Below are positions 38,005 to 50,805 of a stretch of DNA of 64,000 bases, piece after piece. The notes below the pieces were generated by a model. That model did not search any database and was not told the DNA's origin. It saw only the letters and a program-made list of their open reading frames with translations. Numbering within the stretch: position 1 is the first letter of the stretch; every line of letters starts with the position of its first letter. The DNA lies in assembly GCF_004010195.1 (NCBI RefSeq), contig NC_057758.1, forward strand, positions 2,875,340 through 2,939,339. Reading direction: 5' to 3'. This DNA is from Chiloscyllium plagiosum (Eukaryota). Made by a program: the position numbers and the translations under genes.

Positions 38005-39322
38005 CAATGGCTGTACACAACATTGGTGAGGCCACTTTTAGAATACCGTCTCCAATTCTGGTCACCCTTCTATAGGAAAAATGTTGTTAAACTTGAGAGG
38101 GTGCAGAAAAGATTTACACAGATGTTGCCAGGACTGGAGGTGTTTTGTTATAGGGAGAGGCTGAATAGGCTGGGGCTACTTTCCCTGGAGTGTTGGAGGC
38201 TGTGGTGACTTTATAGAGGTTTATAAAATCATGAGGGGCATGGATAGGGTGAAAAGCCAAGGTCTTTATCCCCAGGGTAGGGGAATCTAAAACTAAAAGG
38301 CATAGGTTAAGGTGAGAGAGTGGTGGTAGATGGTAAATATTCAGCCTGGGGCCCAGTTACAAGTGGAGTTCCGCAGGGATCAGTTCTGGGTTCTCTGCTG
38401 TTTGTAATTTTTATTAATGACTTGGAAGAGGGAGTCGAAGGTTGGGTCAGTAAATTTGCAGACGATAAGAAGATTGGTGGAGTTGTGGATAGTGAGGAGG
38501 GCTGTTGTCGGCTGCAAAGGGACTTAGATGTGATGCAGAGCTGGGCTGAGGAGTGGCAGATGGAGTTCAACCCTGTCAAATGTGAGGTTGTCCATTTTGG
38601 AAGGACAAATAAGAAGGCAGAATACAGGGTTAACGGTAGGGATCTTAGTAAGGTGGAAGAGCAGAGGGATCTTCGGGTCTATGTTCATAGCTCTTTGTAA
38701 GTTGCCACTCAGGTGGATAGAGCTTGTAAGAAGGCCTATGGTGTATTAGCGTTCATTAGCCGAGGGATTGAATTCAAGAATCTTGAGGTGATGTTGCAGC
38801 TATACAGGACCTTGATAAGGCCACATTTGGAGTACTGTGTGCAGTTCTGGTCGCCTCACTTTAGGAAAGATGTGGAAGCTTTGGAGAGTGTGCAGAGGAG
38901 ATTTACCAGGATGTTGCCTGGAATGGAGAATGTGTCGTACGAGGATAGGTTGAGACTGCTGGGCCTTTTCTCATTGTAACGACGAAGGATGAGGGGTGAC
39001 TTGATAGAGGTTCATAAGATGATCAGAGGAGTAGATAGAGTAGACAGTCAGAGACTTTTTCCCCGGGTAATACAGAGTGTTACAAGGGGACATAAATTTA
39101 AGGTGAAGAGTGGAAGGTATAGGGGGATGTCAGGGGGAGGTTCTTTACCCAGAAAGTGGTGGGGGCATGGAATGCGCTGCCTGTGGGAGTGACAGAGTCA
39201 GCATCATTGGTGACCTTTAAGCGGCAATTGGATAGGTACACGGATAGGTGCTTAAGCTAGGACAAATGTTCGGCACAACATTGTGGGCCGATGGGCCTGT
39301 TCTGTGCTGTATTGTTCTATGT
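38005..39322 (+). mobile_element. Two adjacent CR1 3' pieces (38005-38305 and a younger 38306-39322)
   Basis: LVRPLLEYRLQFWSP; SGVPQGSVLGSLLFVIFINDL...KFADDKKIGG; LIRPHLEYCVQFWSPH; 3' UTR ending TTCTATG. Confidence 0.92.
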
Positions 39323-39333
39323 AAAACTCTAGT

Positions 39334-39649
39334 GGGCGGCACGGTGGCGCAGTGGTTAGCACTGCTGCTGCCTCACAGCGCCAGAGACCCGGGTTCAATT
39401 CCCGACTCAGGCGACTGACTGTGTGGAGTTTTCACATTCTCCCCGTGTCTGCGTGGGTTTCCTCCGGCTGCTCCGGTTTCCTCCCACAGTCACAAAAATG
39501 TGCGGGTCAGGTGAATTGGCCATGCTAAATTGCCTGTAGTGTTAGGTTAAAGGGGTAAATGTAGGGGTATGGGTGGGTTGCGCTTCGGTGGTTCGGTGTG
39601 GACTTGTTGGGCCGAAGGGCCTGTTTCCACACTGTAAGTAATCTAATCT
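39334..39649 (+). mobile_element. Full-length HE1/V-SINE-like SINE
   Basis: A box TGGCGCAGTGG, B box GGTTCAATTCC, central domain, CR1-like tail GGGCCTGTTTCCACACTGTA, then TAATCTAATCT. Confidence 0.92.
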
Positions 39650-39773
39650 TGCCTTGAACATACTTTTAAAATCACAAATTGAAGGGTTGAGAGATATTTA
39701 GATTTTGCACAAGTGGTTATGTAATAATGTGCCACACCTCGGACTTATGAGACTAAACTCCAAAGCTCAAGAC

Positions 39774-39780
<7 letters not shown>

Positions 39781-39822
<42 letters not shown>
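39781..39822. repeat. (GA)n microsatellite
   Basis: About 21 units. Confidence 0.95.
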
Positions 39823-39825
<3 letters not shown>

Positions 39826-40865
39826 TGGGGGAGAAAGAGAGATAGAAGGCCCCATAACTCGTAGCAGGTTTAATCCTTTGTGATTCGGTTTGAATGCACA
39901 TATATTTGGTAATTGAATGTTTGTCCTTTGCTCCCTGGAACTCGAGATCCAGGGATGTTTTGAATCTGATTTGCATTTTGGAAATTTAACATGATTTAGT
40001 TTAATGTTAAGGACCCTTCAGTGATTATGAAATAAAATATAGGCTCCTGTTACTTTTGAAGGTCATGGTGACCCTATTGTCAGTTTCTAACTAATCTCTT
40101 TTATCCTTACATGAAAGCCAAAATTATTCGATTTCAAATTAGTTTAATACGGAAGAAGACCACATAATAACTATTTTGTTATTTCAGACTCATTTGTTTC
40201 CACTTAATTTTAAGACTGTTGTGTTTTATTGGAGATTATTAGAAAGGACAGTTGTTGTCTTATTGAGGGAGACCCCTCCGTCAATGATAATTGAAGTTTC
40301 ATTTCAACATTAGGTTGTGATAAATCTTTTAAGGCAGCTCCAATTATTTCACGACCTATAGCATTGTAATTGAACAATGACTGGTCAGGACCACTTAAGA
40401 AACCTATCCTTAGATTTAAATTAAGGGACTAAAATCGGATAATTATAGTGGACTTCAAAGTTGCGAACTGTAAAAGTTTTACATTTTAACTATTAAATAC
40501 TGAATAAATGATTTTATAATTTATATTGATGACTGAAAGAAAATAAAATGCTGCATGTTATTCAGATGCATATTGTAAATATAATGACCATTGATATATC
40601 ACCACAGAGGAGGTTTGCTCTTAAAACAAGACAAAGACAACTGAACTCTATTAATTCGCCAATGCCAACAAAAATAAATGAAACCTTATTTTTCGGACTC
40701 TTTATAAGCTGGATCCCCACTCAGTAATGCGTAAAGTATGCTTGGTTCCACTCCACTCAGTTGCATGTTGTATTCCTTTTAACATTGTCAGTGACCTGTC
40801 TTATTGCTTCATGGTTAGTTTAAAACGGCCGTATTTTTCATTGTTAATTAAAGGCTGGAAAGCTA

Positions 40866-40866
<1 letters not shown>

Positions 40867-40927
<61 letters not shown>
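40867..40927. repeat. (CA)n microsatellite
   Basis: About 30 units. Confidence 0.95.
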
Positions 40928-40929
<2 letters not shown>

Positions 40930-42506
40930 GATGGTGACTCTGAATGGGTGTGTGTGTGTATATAACGGACATGAGGAAACAGTGCAAGGCCACTCAGGTT
41001 AAAAAATGCATAAACAAGATTAAAACAACAATACTATACTGTAAAATAAAGAACTTAGGCTCGGGATTCCGAATAGTATCTATGTCTGGCATACCAATCC
41101 TTTTTGAGGAATGGGATTTTGTTCCTGTATACCTGCTGAGACCCTAAAATCTCCTGATTGTCTCCAGATTTAAAATAAACCACCCACTTGTTACAAAGCT
41201 TGCCTTCTTTTGATAACGAAGCATCCAGTCTTCATAGCTGATACCATGGGGATAAGTGGCCCGCGCCACACTGCACCGGATTAACATAACTCTTCATTAA
41301 CTAGAGTTATGTTAATGAAGCATGCCACTGAGTGCAAGACCAAACAGTCCAAATTTTCTCAATATGTCCAACGGTGATGCTGATGCAAATGCAGTAAAAC
41401 TTCGTGCGTGGCCTGAGTAGCCTGAATACGAATGGGTTGAGTTTAAAACCTGGAAGATGTGCCTGTCTGTCTGATGGAATTGACAAACAGTTGAACAATA
41501 ATCAAGAAGCTCCATTAGCTTTACTTAACCCTATGTTTTGCAATGTTTTCCGCCTGCAGACACTGATATTTCCAGACCAACAGTACGAACTAGTGCAGGA
41601 ATTACCATTCGTAAATGAGGTGAGCAATGGTTTTCTGTTGGGCTGGCTAGAACTGGAGTGAACCATGATGCAAGTTACGGGTAAAACAAATTATATGCAT
41701 GGCCCTCGCAATCCCAAATGCCGTATGCCAGCCATGATCGGGTTGGTTGGAACCAGGATACCCACTGGGGGCGGTACCTACCTCATATGCCCACCCGATG
41801 GTAACTGATGGACATCTTTTCCCGAGGGGAAATGATATAAACATTTGAGACTGGCAACAAGACATCAAAAAACTCCAGGGACAAATGTCTTAACTGTTGA
41901 AATGTGGCCAATGGGGAGAAATGTATCTTTGATGTTGCCATGGAGGTAACATTGGGAATTGACATGCTTTCATCCTATCAAAAGCAAAATCAACCAATAT
42001 ACACTGAGTCTTCACTGCGTGTTTAATATGATCCACGATTTTAGAGCCTTGTGGGAACATTGAAGATTTTTAACCCGCAAGGGGTCATTGTTATATTAAT
42101 GCCATGTTGTTCAATCAATCAGAAAATGATCAAGATGTTCGGCTCATTCCGAGGAAACCAATACTGTTTCTAAAGTAGTGGGTGAGTATCTGCACCTGCA
42201 CCAGGCAGCCGTACACCCCAATTTTCTGATCCCATTGTGGCCCCAGCAAAACCCGGCTAGACACAGTATAAGGACGGTTATGCCAGACCTGGTTAAGGTG
42301 CAGAAATCACGGGGCAATTAGACTGTCTATTCAGTGCCAATTCATAATGTAGAGATTGATTTTTCTATTGCATACTGACTGTAATCATACGGGTTTAGAG
42401 TTTGGATTGTTTTCCATACTGTTTGGAAATTTGAAAGCAATTTGCAAATTTCCATTTCTGAAATAATTACAGGCACTTTAGATTACAATATACTACTGGC
42501 CGAATT

Positions 42507-42809
42507 GGACAGCACAGTGGCTCGCTGGTTAACACTGTTGCCTCACAGCACCAGGGTCCCAGATTCGATTCCAGCCTCGGGCGACTGTCTTTGTGGAGTT
42601 TGCTCATTCGCACCGTGTCTGCGTGGGTTTCCTCCCACAGTCCAAAGATGTGCAGGTCACATGAATTGGCCATGTTCAATTGCCCATAGTGCTAGGTACA
42701 TTAGAGAGAGGGAAATGGGTCTGAGTGGGTTACACTTTGGAGGGTCAGTGTGGACTGGTTGGCCAAAGGGCCTGTTTCCGCAGTGTAGGGAATGTATTCT
42801 ACTCTAATC
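42507..42809 (+). mobile_element. HE1/V-SINE-like SINE
   Basis: Diverged A and B boxes, central domain and tail, as in 39334-39649. Confidence 0.88.
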
Positions 42810-44690
42810 ATCAAGTGATTTCATTTCATACATAGACGCTCAGCCTAAATGTCTATGCTTTGTGTATGGAGCTTATAAGAATGCACACTGGTTGATTTGA
42901 GTTATCTTTGGATAGGGATTTTAAATCTAAGAAGAAGTGTGTGGCTGAGCTATTACTTTCTCTTAAATGTTTGATCCTGAACAGTGATGGTTTATAATTT
43001 TATCTCTACCAATGTCCATATTCTAGGGTTAGGTCAATATTAGAAAATTCCAGTGTGGTTTGAAAGCTTTGTTTCATGTTACTGTAATTTGGGGACAGCA
43101 TTGCCCTCCAGCAAATATTCATGACCAACTTTTCTGCCCAAAATCACCATCTGGTTTCCACGTTTAATTCGAAATACTGCTAACTACAGCTGTAGATGAG
43201 GCAATTTGATTAGGCATGAGGTTATTATGTGTTTTTAAAAAGAATACAATATATTGCAGAACCAATATAACTTTTAAGTAATATCAATGATTCTATGAGC
43301 AAAACATTGAAGACTGTTACATCTTAGCAAAGCTGCATTTATAAAAATGGGTTAGCTTAATTCGCCCATGCCTGGGCTCCTCCATATAAAGTAAGAAAAT
43401 AATGGGAGGAAGGGAATCTCGAGTGCACTGTTTAAAATGAACGAGCCTTTTGACAGTTTGGGAAATATATTTACTCAAGTAGGTTTTTGAGTTCAATTAA
43501 TTTGAGAATTACTGATAACAAAATTGCTCTTAGGTCTTCTAGCCTGCTGAAGAACACAAATTAGGGCCTCAAATAGGATATTACCTCTGTACTCAAAACA
43601 GAATATGGGTGACTCATACTAGGTTAGTTTGTGTACCTTCTTTGCTGCTGCCAATTTTAATTGATTATGTGTATATTGTATATACTTATATACAAGGAGG
43701 AAATGGTTTATACTTTATTACAATGGACACTCTGCTGTCTCCAATTTTGCAAGGGGGGACATGATAAAAATCGAACTTGATCTGCTGTGTGGACTTGTCA
43801 TTGCCACCAAGAAGGTACAGTTTACCTCTGCGATCCTGAGCAAACAGAGACTGTGTACCAACTTTGCCAGGAAGGTGCCCTTGTGTGACAAGAGACTTGA
43901 TGTCACCAAGAATGACAATTGCAGTGCATCAAAAATATTGAACAGTTCATTTGCAGAACAAGTCTAAATTTTTTTTTACCCTGTAAAGGTATTGTTTGCC
44001 AGTTTTATTTCATTTGTTCTATGGGCATCCCTGTTAGGCAAAGTCCCCATTCAGATAGTAGTAGTAAAGAGACAAAGAGGGAATGTTATCTTTCCCTAGC
44101 AATTTGTTTCCAGAAACCCATAACAAAATATTTGGAGAGGATGAGGTAGTTTCCTACGCCTTTACTTCAGCAAGAGATCCCTGACCCTCTTTTAATTTTC
44201 AAAGTCTTAACATGGATTTTAGAATAGTTCTAAAGTATTTACAGGATTATGGACTTCCTCCAATAAATCTGAGATAACCTCTCCAAATTGCCACAATAGT
44301 AAGGGATGGGTGTGCACTTATGTAAATGTGCCTAAACCTATCCCCTGTGCTTTGATTAAATGTATCAGTCGTCACTGTTTCCGTGAAAGACCGTGCATCT
44401 CATGCGTATGCCTTTAGGAGGAATGTGTCTCTATTACCATTGGCATTCAAGCCCTTTTTGGGTGGACAACAACACTCACATTCATTATGACATCATTATT
44501 GCTTCAAACAGACCGTACTCCTATTGATTACTTTAACTGACCTCGAACCAAGAGCCCTCTTTTGAGGTTTTAAATCTTCAAAGTCAGAAATCAATGCAGG
44601 ATCAGTGCATTTGACTTTCACTTAGAGTCAGAAGAGAGCTCACAGATGGTCAGTAAACGCATATTAACATGTGATATTCATGCACAGTGG

Positions 44691-45437
44691 TGTTCTGAGT
44701 TTGAAGGCTTGTACTGTACCTTTAAGAGAGAGTGAAAGTTGAAAAACTGGCAAACACTTACCATGTGACTGCCTGCATGCACAAAGTGCACTGGACAATT
44801 TGAATATGCAACATTTGAGCTGCAACTCAGATACTGAGCTGTTTTCACAACAATTCGAATTCAACCAATCGGTTCAAACTATGCCCCAATACACTAAAAT
44901 CCAATCAGAATGAATTTTATTGTTTTCACAACATCAAACCTTTCAGACGATCCGATGTTTTGGGGTATGAAAAGCAGCAGTTTGCACGGCTAGCCAGAGA
45001 AAGAGCATCTACCATTGTCATGCACACTGTCCACAATGCTTCTCTCTAAAACGTACCTTCATCATATTAAACCTCTTTACAACAGAAGACCAAAGACAGC
45101 CCAGGGGAAATCTACAGAGGGAGTTTGATACCCGACGGTGACAAGTGGTTTTGAATATTGATTTGCTGTAAATTTAACAGGGCGTTTATCAGAGCAGTAT
45201 ATTATTATAGAGTGGGAGGTAGACAACGAAATTACAAGAGAAAGTAGTCTTAGAGTTGTGAACAGTTTTTGTCTCATATTTTCTTTTGGAGTTAAAGAAT
45301 AAAAGTGTTAATGTTTAGGTTAAATGGTGGAATTTGAGTAGTTCTCTGTCATTCATATTTTAACACATTGCAACGCGATGTTAGCTTTTCTGTGTGTTTG
45401 GTTTAATTAACACGAGGTTTTAATCTGTGTGGTAACA
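44691..45437 (+). mobile_element. Gypsy solo LTR
   Basis: TGTT...AACA ends; GTGG on both sides (44687-44690, 45438-45441); AATAAA near 45298; homologous to 17607-18390. Confidence 0.85.
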
Positions 45438-45789
45438 GTGGGGTCACTCTGACTCTCCCTAAAGTTAGCGCAAAACACCAGTTGGAACAGTCTACTCTCC
45501 TCTGGAGTCTGAAGTACACAAACACAGGTGTCACTCTGCGCTCACCTTGGGATAGTGATAAACACATAGTAGTAGCAGTCGGACCCCTTCCTGCGGTCTA
45601 TGATAGATATAGACAAAGATTTGTCTGCTCACTCTCTGGGGACAGTGATCCACACACAGTGGTGTCAGTCAGCTCTACTCAGGTGTCAGTGATACGCAGA
45701 GAGTTTTCAGTCTGCTCTCTCTCCCGGTCAGTGATATACCGTTGTTCCCTATGATAGCATATCGTTGCCTGTTTGCGTGCCCAAGCTTC

Positions 45790-46640
45790 GCATTCCAACC
45801 TCTTTTGATACTCTAATTTCCTTCTCAAGTTGAAGAGTAAATTGAATCATATTGCGATCTTTGCCTGCTTAGGGTTTCTTCACCTTAACTTCCCTTATTA
45901 AGTCTGCCTCATTGTGCCTTAGTGGACTCCACCACAAGCTGTTTCAAAACACCACCTTGTAGACATTCCACAAATTCGTTTCCTTGCAATCTACTACCAA
46001 CCTGATTTCCCAGTCCACCTGTATATTGAAATTCCCCATGATCACTTCGACTTTGTTACACTACTTTACTTCCTCCTGGTGTATCTTGACACCCAGTCAT
46101 GACTATTCTTTGGAACCCTCTACATAACTCTAAGTACGTTTTTTTTAACCTTGGCGGTTCCTCAATTCAACCTGCACAGATTCTACACTGTCTGACCCTA
46201 CGTCGATTCTTACTATTGACATAATTTTAATTCTTACCAATCAGACAACTCTTATCCCTCTGCCCACCTGCCTCTTTTTTCGATGGGATTTATATGCTTG
46301 AATAATCAACTCCCAAATCCGAACTCCTTCAGGCAAGTAACCATGACAACCACCAAGTCATACCTGCCAATTTTGATCTTCGCCACAAGCTCATGTATCT
46401 TACTCCTTATATTTAGGTATAAAAGCAGCAGTCCTGTGCTAACCGTCCATCATCTCATCATCATTCTTATGTCCAGTATGCTTGAAGTCCGACTGTTACT
46501 GCTTTCCAAACATTCTGTCCTATTTGTGTCTGTGCTGGAGACTTTGATAACCACTCCAATTTTCTCCTTCCCTGTCGGATCATTCATATTCTTCCAAGCA
46601 TTTCAATCCACCCCTACAGATGCTAACCTGCTACTTTGTT
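45790..46640 (-). mobile_element. Old CR1 ORF1-end/endonuclease fragment
   Basis: Decayed APE-like coding (IMGNFN-type motif near 46025-46045 on the minus strand). Confidence 0.55.
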
Positions 46641-47475
46641 CATCAGCTTGTAATTATAGATAACTTGCTTCACTGTCCACGATAGTCATCCACAAACTTA
46701 TCTGGCATGCCTCCTGTAATCTCATCCCAAACCATTTCGGAAAATGATGAACACGAGTTGGCTACAATACAGATCCTTGTGGCAATGAGTGGTCACACAC
46801 ACACACGTGGGGGTGGACGACAGTTTACACACACACACACGGCGGGGGGGGAACAGTTTACACACACGCACGGGGGGGTTATCAAAGTCTCCAGCACAGA
46901 CACAAATAGGACAGAATGTTTGGAAAACAAGCATTCACTCCGAACAAAAACAGTCAATTACCACGCTCGGTTTACAACCATCAAGCTAATTTTGCATCCA
47001 ATTCGTCATATGATCTCGCATTGCAAACAAGTCACTCAATATGGCTGTTCATAAATCCAAGCGTCCTGTAGCTTATTAAGTGCTTCAATTTGCCTGGCGA
47101 CCTACAGAGAATCATGGATGTGAACCCCAAGGTCTCTCTGCTTCTGACCCATTTCCAGTTCTTGCTCCCTCAATCACCTTACATGTCCGTCCTCCAATAC
47201 CTTTCCAGTAGTCACTCTCTCAACTCCTTCTGAATTCTATTCCCTGATCTAAGCTCCCCCAGTATTGTCCCTCTGAATACGTTTCGGCAGACTGACCTTT
47301 TTCCAAGTCTGATCCCGTGAATCTGTTCCTGCTCTGAACCTCTGAATACATTTCCATTTAGCACTTCTGTGATTCATAGAATTTTACAATGTGGAAGGTT
47401 GTATCATGTCTTCTGCCAGCTCCTGAAAGATATACAAAGCTAGACTAATTCTTCAGCTCTATCTCTGTAGTCATT

Positions 47476-47768
47476 TAGATTAGATTTTTTCTCTACAGTG
47501 TGGAGACAGGACCTTCGGCCCAAACAGTCCACACAGACCCTCCGAAGAGTAACCCACCCAGATGCATTTCCCTCAGACTAATGCATCTATCACTATGGAC
47601 AATTTAGCGTGGCCAATCCAACTGACCTACATATCTTTGGACTGTGGGAGGAAACCCATGCAGTCACAGGGAGTATGTACAAACTCCACGCAGACAGTCG
47701 CCTGAGGCTAGAATCGAACCTGGGACCGGAAGGCAGCAGTGCAAACCACTGAGCCACTGTGCCACCCA
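47476..47768 (-). mobile_element. HE1/V-SINE-like SINE
   Basis: Minus strand GGTGGCACAGTGGCTCAGTGG, GGTTCGATTCT, and a CTAAT-type tail. Confidence 0.88.
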
Positions 47769-49063
47769 TTTATTCCTATCACTTTCAATTATGTATCCAG
47801 TGCACTTTGAAACCTTCTACGGAATCTGCTTCGACCACTCTCCTAGGCAGTGCCTGAGTAAAAACGTTTCTCCTCATCTCATGCCTAGACCTCTGCTGAC
47901 AAACTTGAATCTCTATGCCCCCAGTTACTGATACACCAACAAGAGAAATTGAATATCTTTTCGTACCTTTCAAAATTATTTATAATTTTCAACATCTCAA
48001 ATATCACCTCTTAATCATCTCTGCGCCAAGGAGGATCTTCTCAACTTTACAAAATTTTTACTTGTACCTAAAATCCCTCATTCATGGTTGGTTTGAGTAA
48101 ACTTCTTTGCACTCTTTCCTGGTTTTATCACCCTTCCTGAAGGGCCTCGAACAAATGAAAAAAAAAATGATTCAGACGATGAGATCTGAAGGGTGAGTGG
48201 GACAAACAGCACACAAAAACATAAGACATTGGAGCAGAAATTGCAATTCAGCCTATCGAGTCTGCTCTGCCATTTAATCATGCTTGATAAGTTTCACGAC
48301 CCTAATTTTCTCCCCATAACCCTTGCTCACCTTAACACTCATTCTCATTCTGAAATATACTCAATGGCCTGGCCTCCACAGCCTTCTGTGGCGATGAATT
48401 CCATGAATTCACTAATCTCTTCCTGCCAAAGTGTCTCCTCATCTATGGTCTAAAAGGTCTTCCATCGACTCTAAGGCTATACCCTCTGATCCTAATCTCT
48501 GCTACAATTTTCGCAATACTTACTGTGTACAGCTGATTCATTATTCTGTATGTTTCAATAAGATCCTTCATCATTCGAATCGACAACGAGTATAAATCCA
48601 GAGTTCTCAAACGTTCCTCGTGTGTTAAAAAAAAAGAACGTCGATGACGAATACCAGGGAGGAGTATATTAATCATGACTTGAATTAATGTCCCAAACAG
48701 TTTCACAACAGATGCGAATATGTCATCATGGCTGCAATGTAAAAAAAAGTCTGCCAAATTGTATGCAGCAACTATCCATTCAGAAACAGACTGATGTTTT
48801 TTCATTTCTTTGTAGGAATGATTTGCCTTGAGGCATTCACTCAACCTCTGATGCCTACTGAGGGTTGGGGATCTGTTGCTACCCCTTATTGTGATCTTTA
48901 ATGTAGTGTGTTAATGGTCAATGGACGCAAAGCTCGAAATAACCGTTGCATAGAGTATTTAAATAGTTGAGGCCAGTCATTCAATAGAAACACAAAAGGC
49001 AGAATGAAAGGAGGCATGAAATGTATTGAACACGTCTTTCAATAAAAGTTGTGCGGTCTTGAT

Positions 49064-50586
49064 CGAACAAAGAACAAAGAACATTTCAGCCCTCCAAGCC
49101 TGCACGGACCTAGATTCCCTATCTAAACCTGTAACCTATTTTCTAAGGATTTGTATCCCATTGCTCCATGCCCACTCTGTCTAGATACTTGTATCTGTCT
49201 TGATACATCTTAAATGGCGGTATCATGCCCGCTTCTCCAACGTCTGCTGGCAACGTGTCTCAGGTACCCACCATGCTCTGTGTATAGAACTTTCCACGCA
49301 TAATTGAAATAAACGTGTCCCCTCTCATCTTGAACTCATGACCCCTAGTAATTGAAATTTCCACCCTGGGAAAAAAAAGCGCTTCCTGCTATCCATACTG
49401 TCTACTCCTCTCATGATTTTGTAGCATTGCATCAGGTCCCTCGTCAATCTCTCTTTCTAATGAAAATAATCTTAACCTACACAAACGCGCTTTGTTGCAA
49501 GCGTCCTCCATAACCAGGCAACATCTTGTTGAACCTCCACTGCACAGTCTCCAAAGCATCTACATATCTTTGGTAATGCTGATGACCAGAACTGTACGGA
49601 GTATTCCAAATATGGCCGAACCAGCATCTTATACAAAATGGAACATGACCTGCCAAATTCTTGTATCGTGAGGATGAAGGAAAGCATGTCGTATGCCTTC
49701 TTGACTACTCTATCGTTCTCTGTTGCCACCTTCAGAGTATAATGGACCAGAACACCTAGATCTCTCTGGACATTAATTTTCCCCAGGACTCTTCCATTTA
49801 CCATATAGTTCGTTCTTGAATTGAAACTTCTAAAATGCATCACCTCATTTGCCCAGATTGAACTCCAGATGCCATTTCTCTGCCCAAGTCTCCAATGTAT
49901 CTATATTCTGCTATTTCTGGCAGTCCCCTTTACTACCTGCTACTCCACCAATCTTCGTGTCATCTGCAAACTTGCTAATCAGACCACTTACAACTTCCTC
50001 CAGATCATTTATGTAAATACCAAAAAAACAGTGGTCCCAGCACGGATCCCTCTAGACCACCACTGGTCACAGTTCTCCACTTTGCGAAACTCCCTTCCAC
50101 TACTACACTCTGTCCGCTGTTGCCTCGTCAGTTCTCTGCCCACATATCTCATTCACGCTGGATCCCATGCGACTTCATTTTCTCCATCAGCCGACCTTGG
50201 GAAGCCTGATCAAACGCCTTATTGAAATCCATGTGTTTGACATCTATACCCCTTCCCTCATCAATCAACTTTGTCACTTCCGCAAAGAATCCTATTAAGT
50301 TGGTAAGACTTGACCTTCCGTCACAAGTTCATGTTGCCTAACACTGCTAAGCGCATTTTTAAACAAATGGAAATCGATCCTATCCCTCAATATCTTCCCC
50401 AGAACCTTCCCTACCATTGACGTCAGGCTCACCAGTCCATACTTGGATTATACCTGCTACCGTTTTTATTCAATGGCACAACATTAGCAATTAGTCAGTC
50501 CTCAGGGACCTCGCCTGTGTTGAAGGATGCTGCAAAGATCTGTGAAGGCACCAGCTATTTCCTGTCTTGCTTCCCTCAGTAACTTG
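49064..50586 (-). mobile_element. CR1 LINE 3' 1.5 kb
   Basis: LVRPYLEYSVQFWS; (AAAGAAC)n tail on the plus strand; similar to 20130-23955. Confidence 0.9.
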
Positions 50587-50658
50587 GAGGAGCTGAAGAG
50601 TCTCCCCTGTTGGCTGTTTCGTAAAAGACAGACACAAACGTCATTCTCCCGGGTTCAG

Positions 50659-50805
<147 letters not shown>

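Larger units (their letters stand above)
35080..44580 (+). mobile_element. Probable decayed endogenous retrovirus/LTR element with nested insertions
   Basis: Related LTR 3' ends at 35231-35305 and 44499-44580, both ending TTTAAATCTTCA; His-type PBS after the first; purine tract AAGGGATGGG at 44301-44310 before TG. The 5' boundary is uncertain. Confidence 0.55.

Noticed and set aside
39334..39410. tRNA gene
   Set aside because: The A and B boxes belong to the tRNA-derived head of a multi-copy SINE that continues into body and tail.
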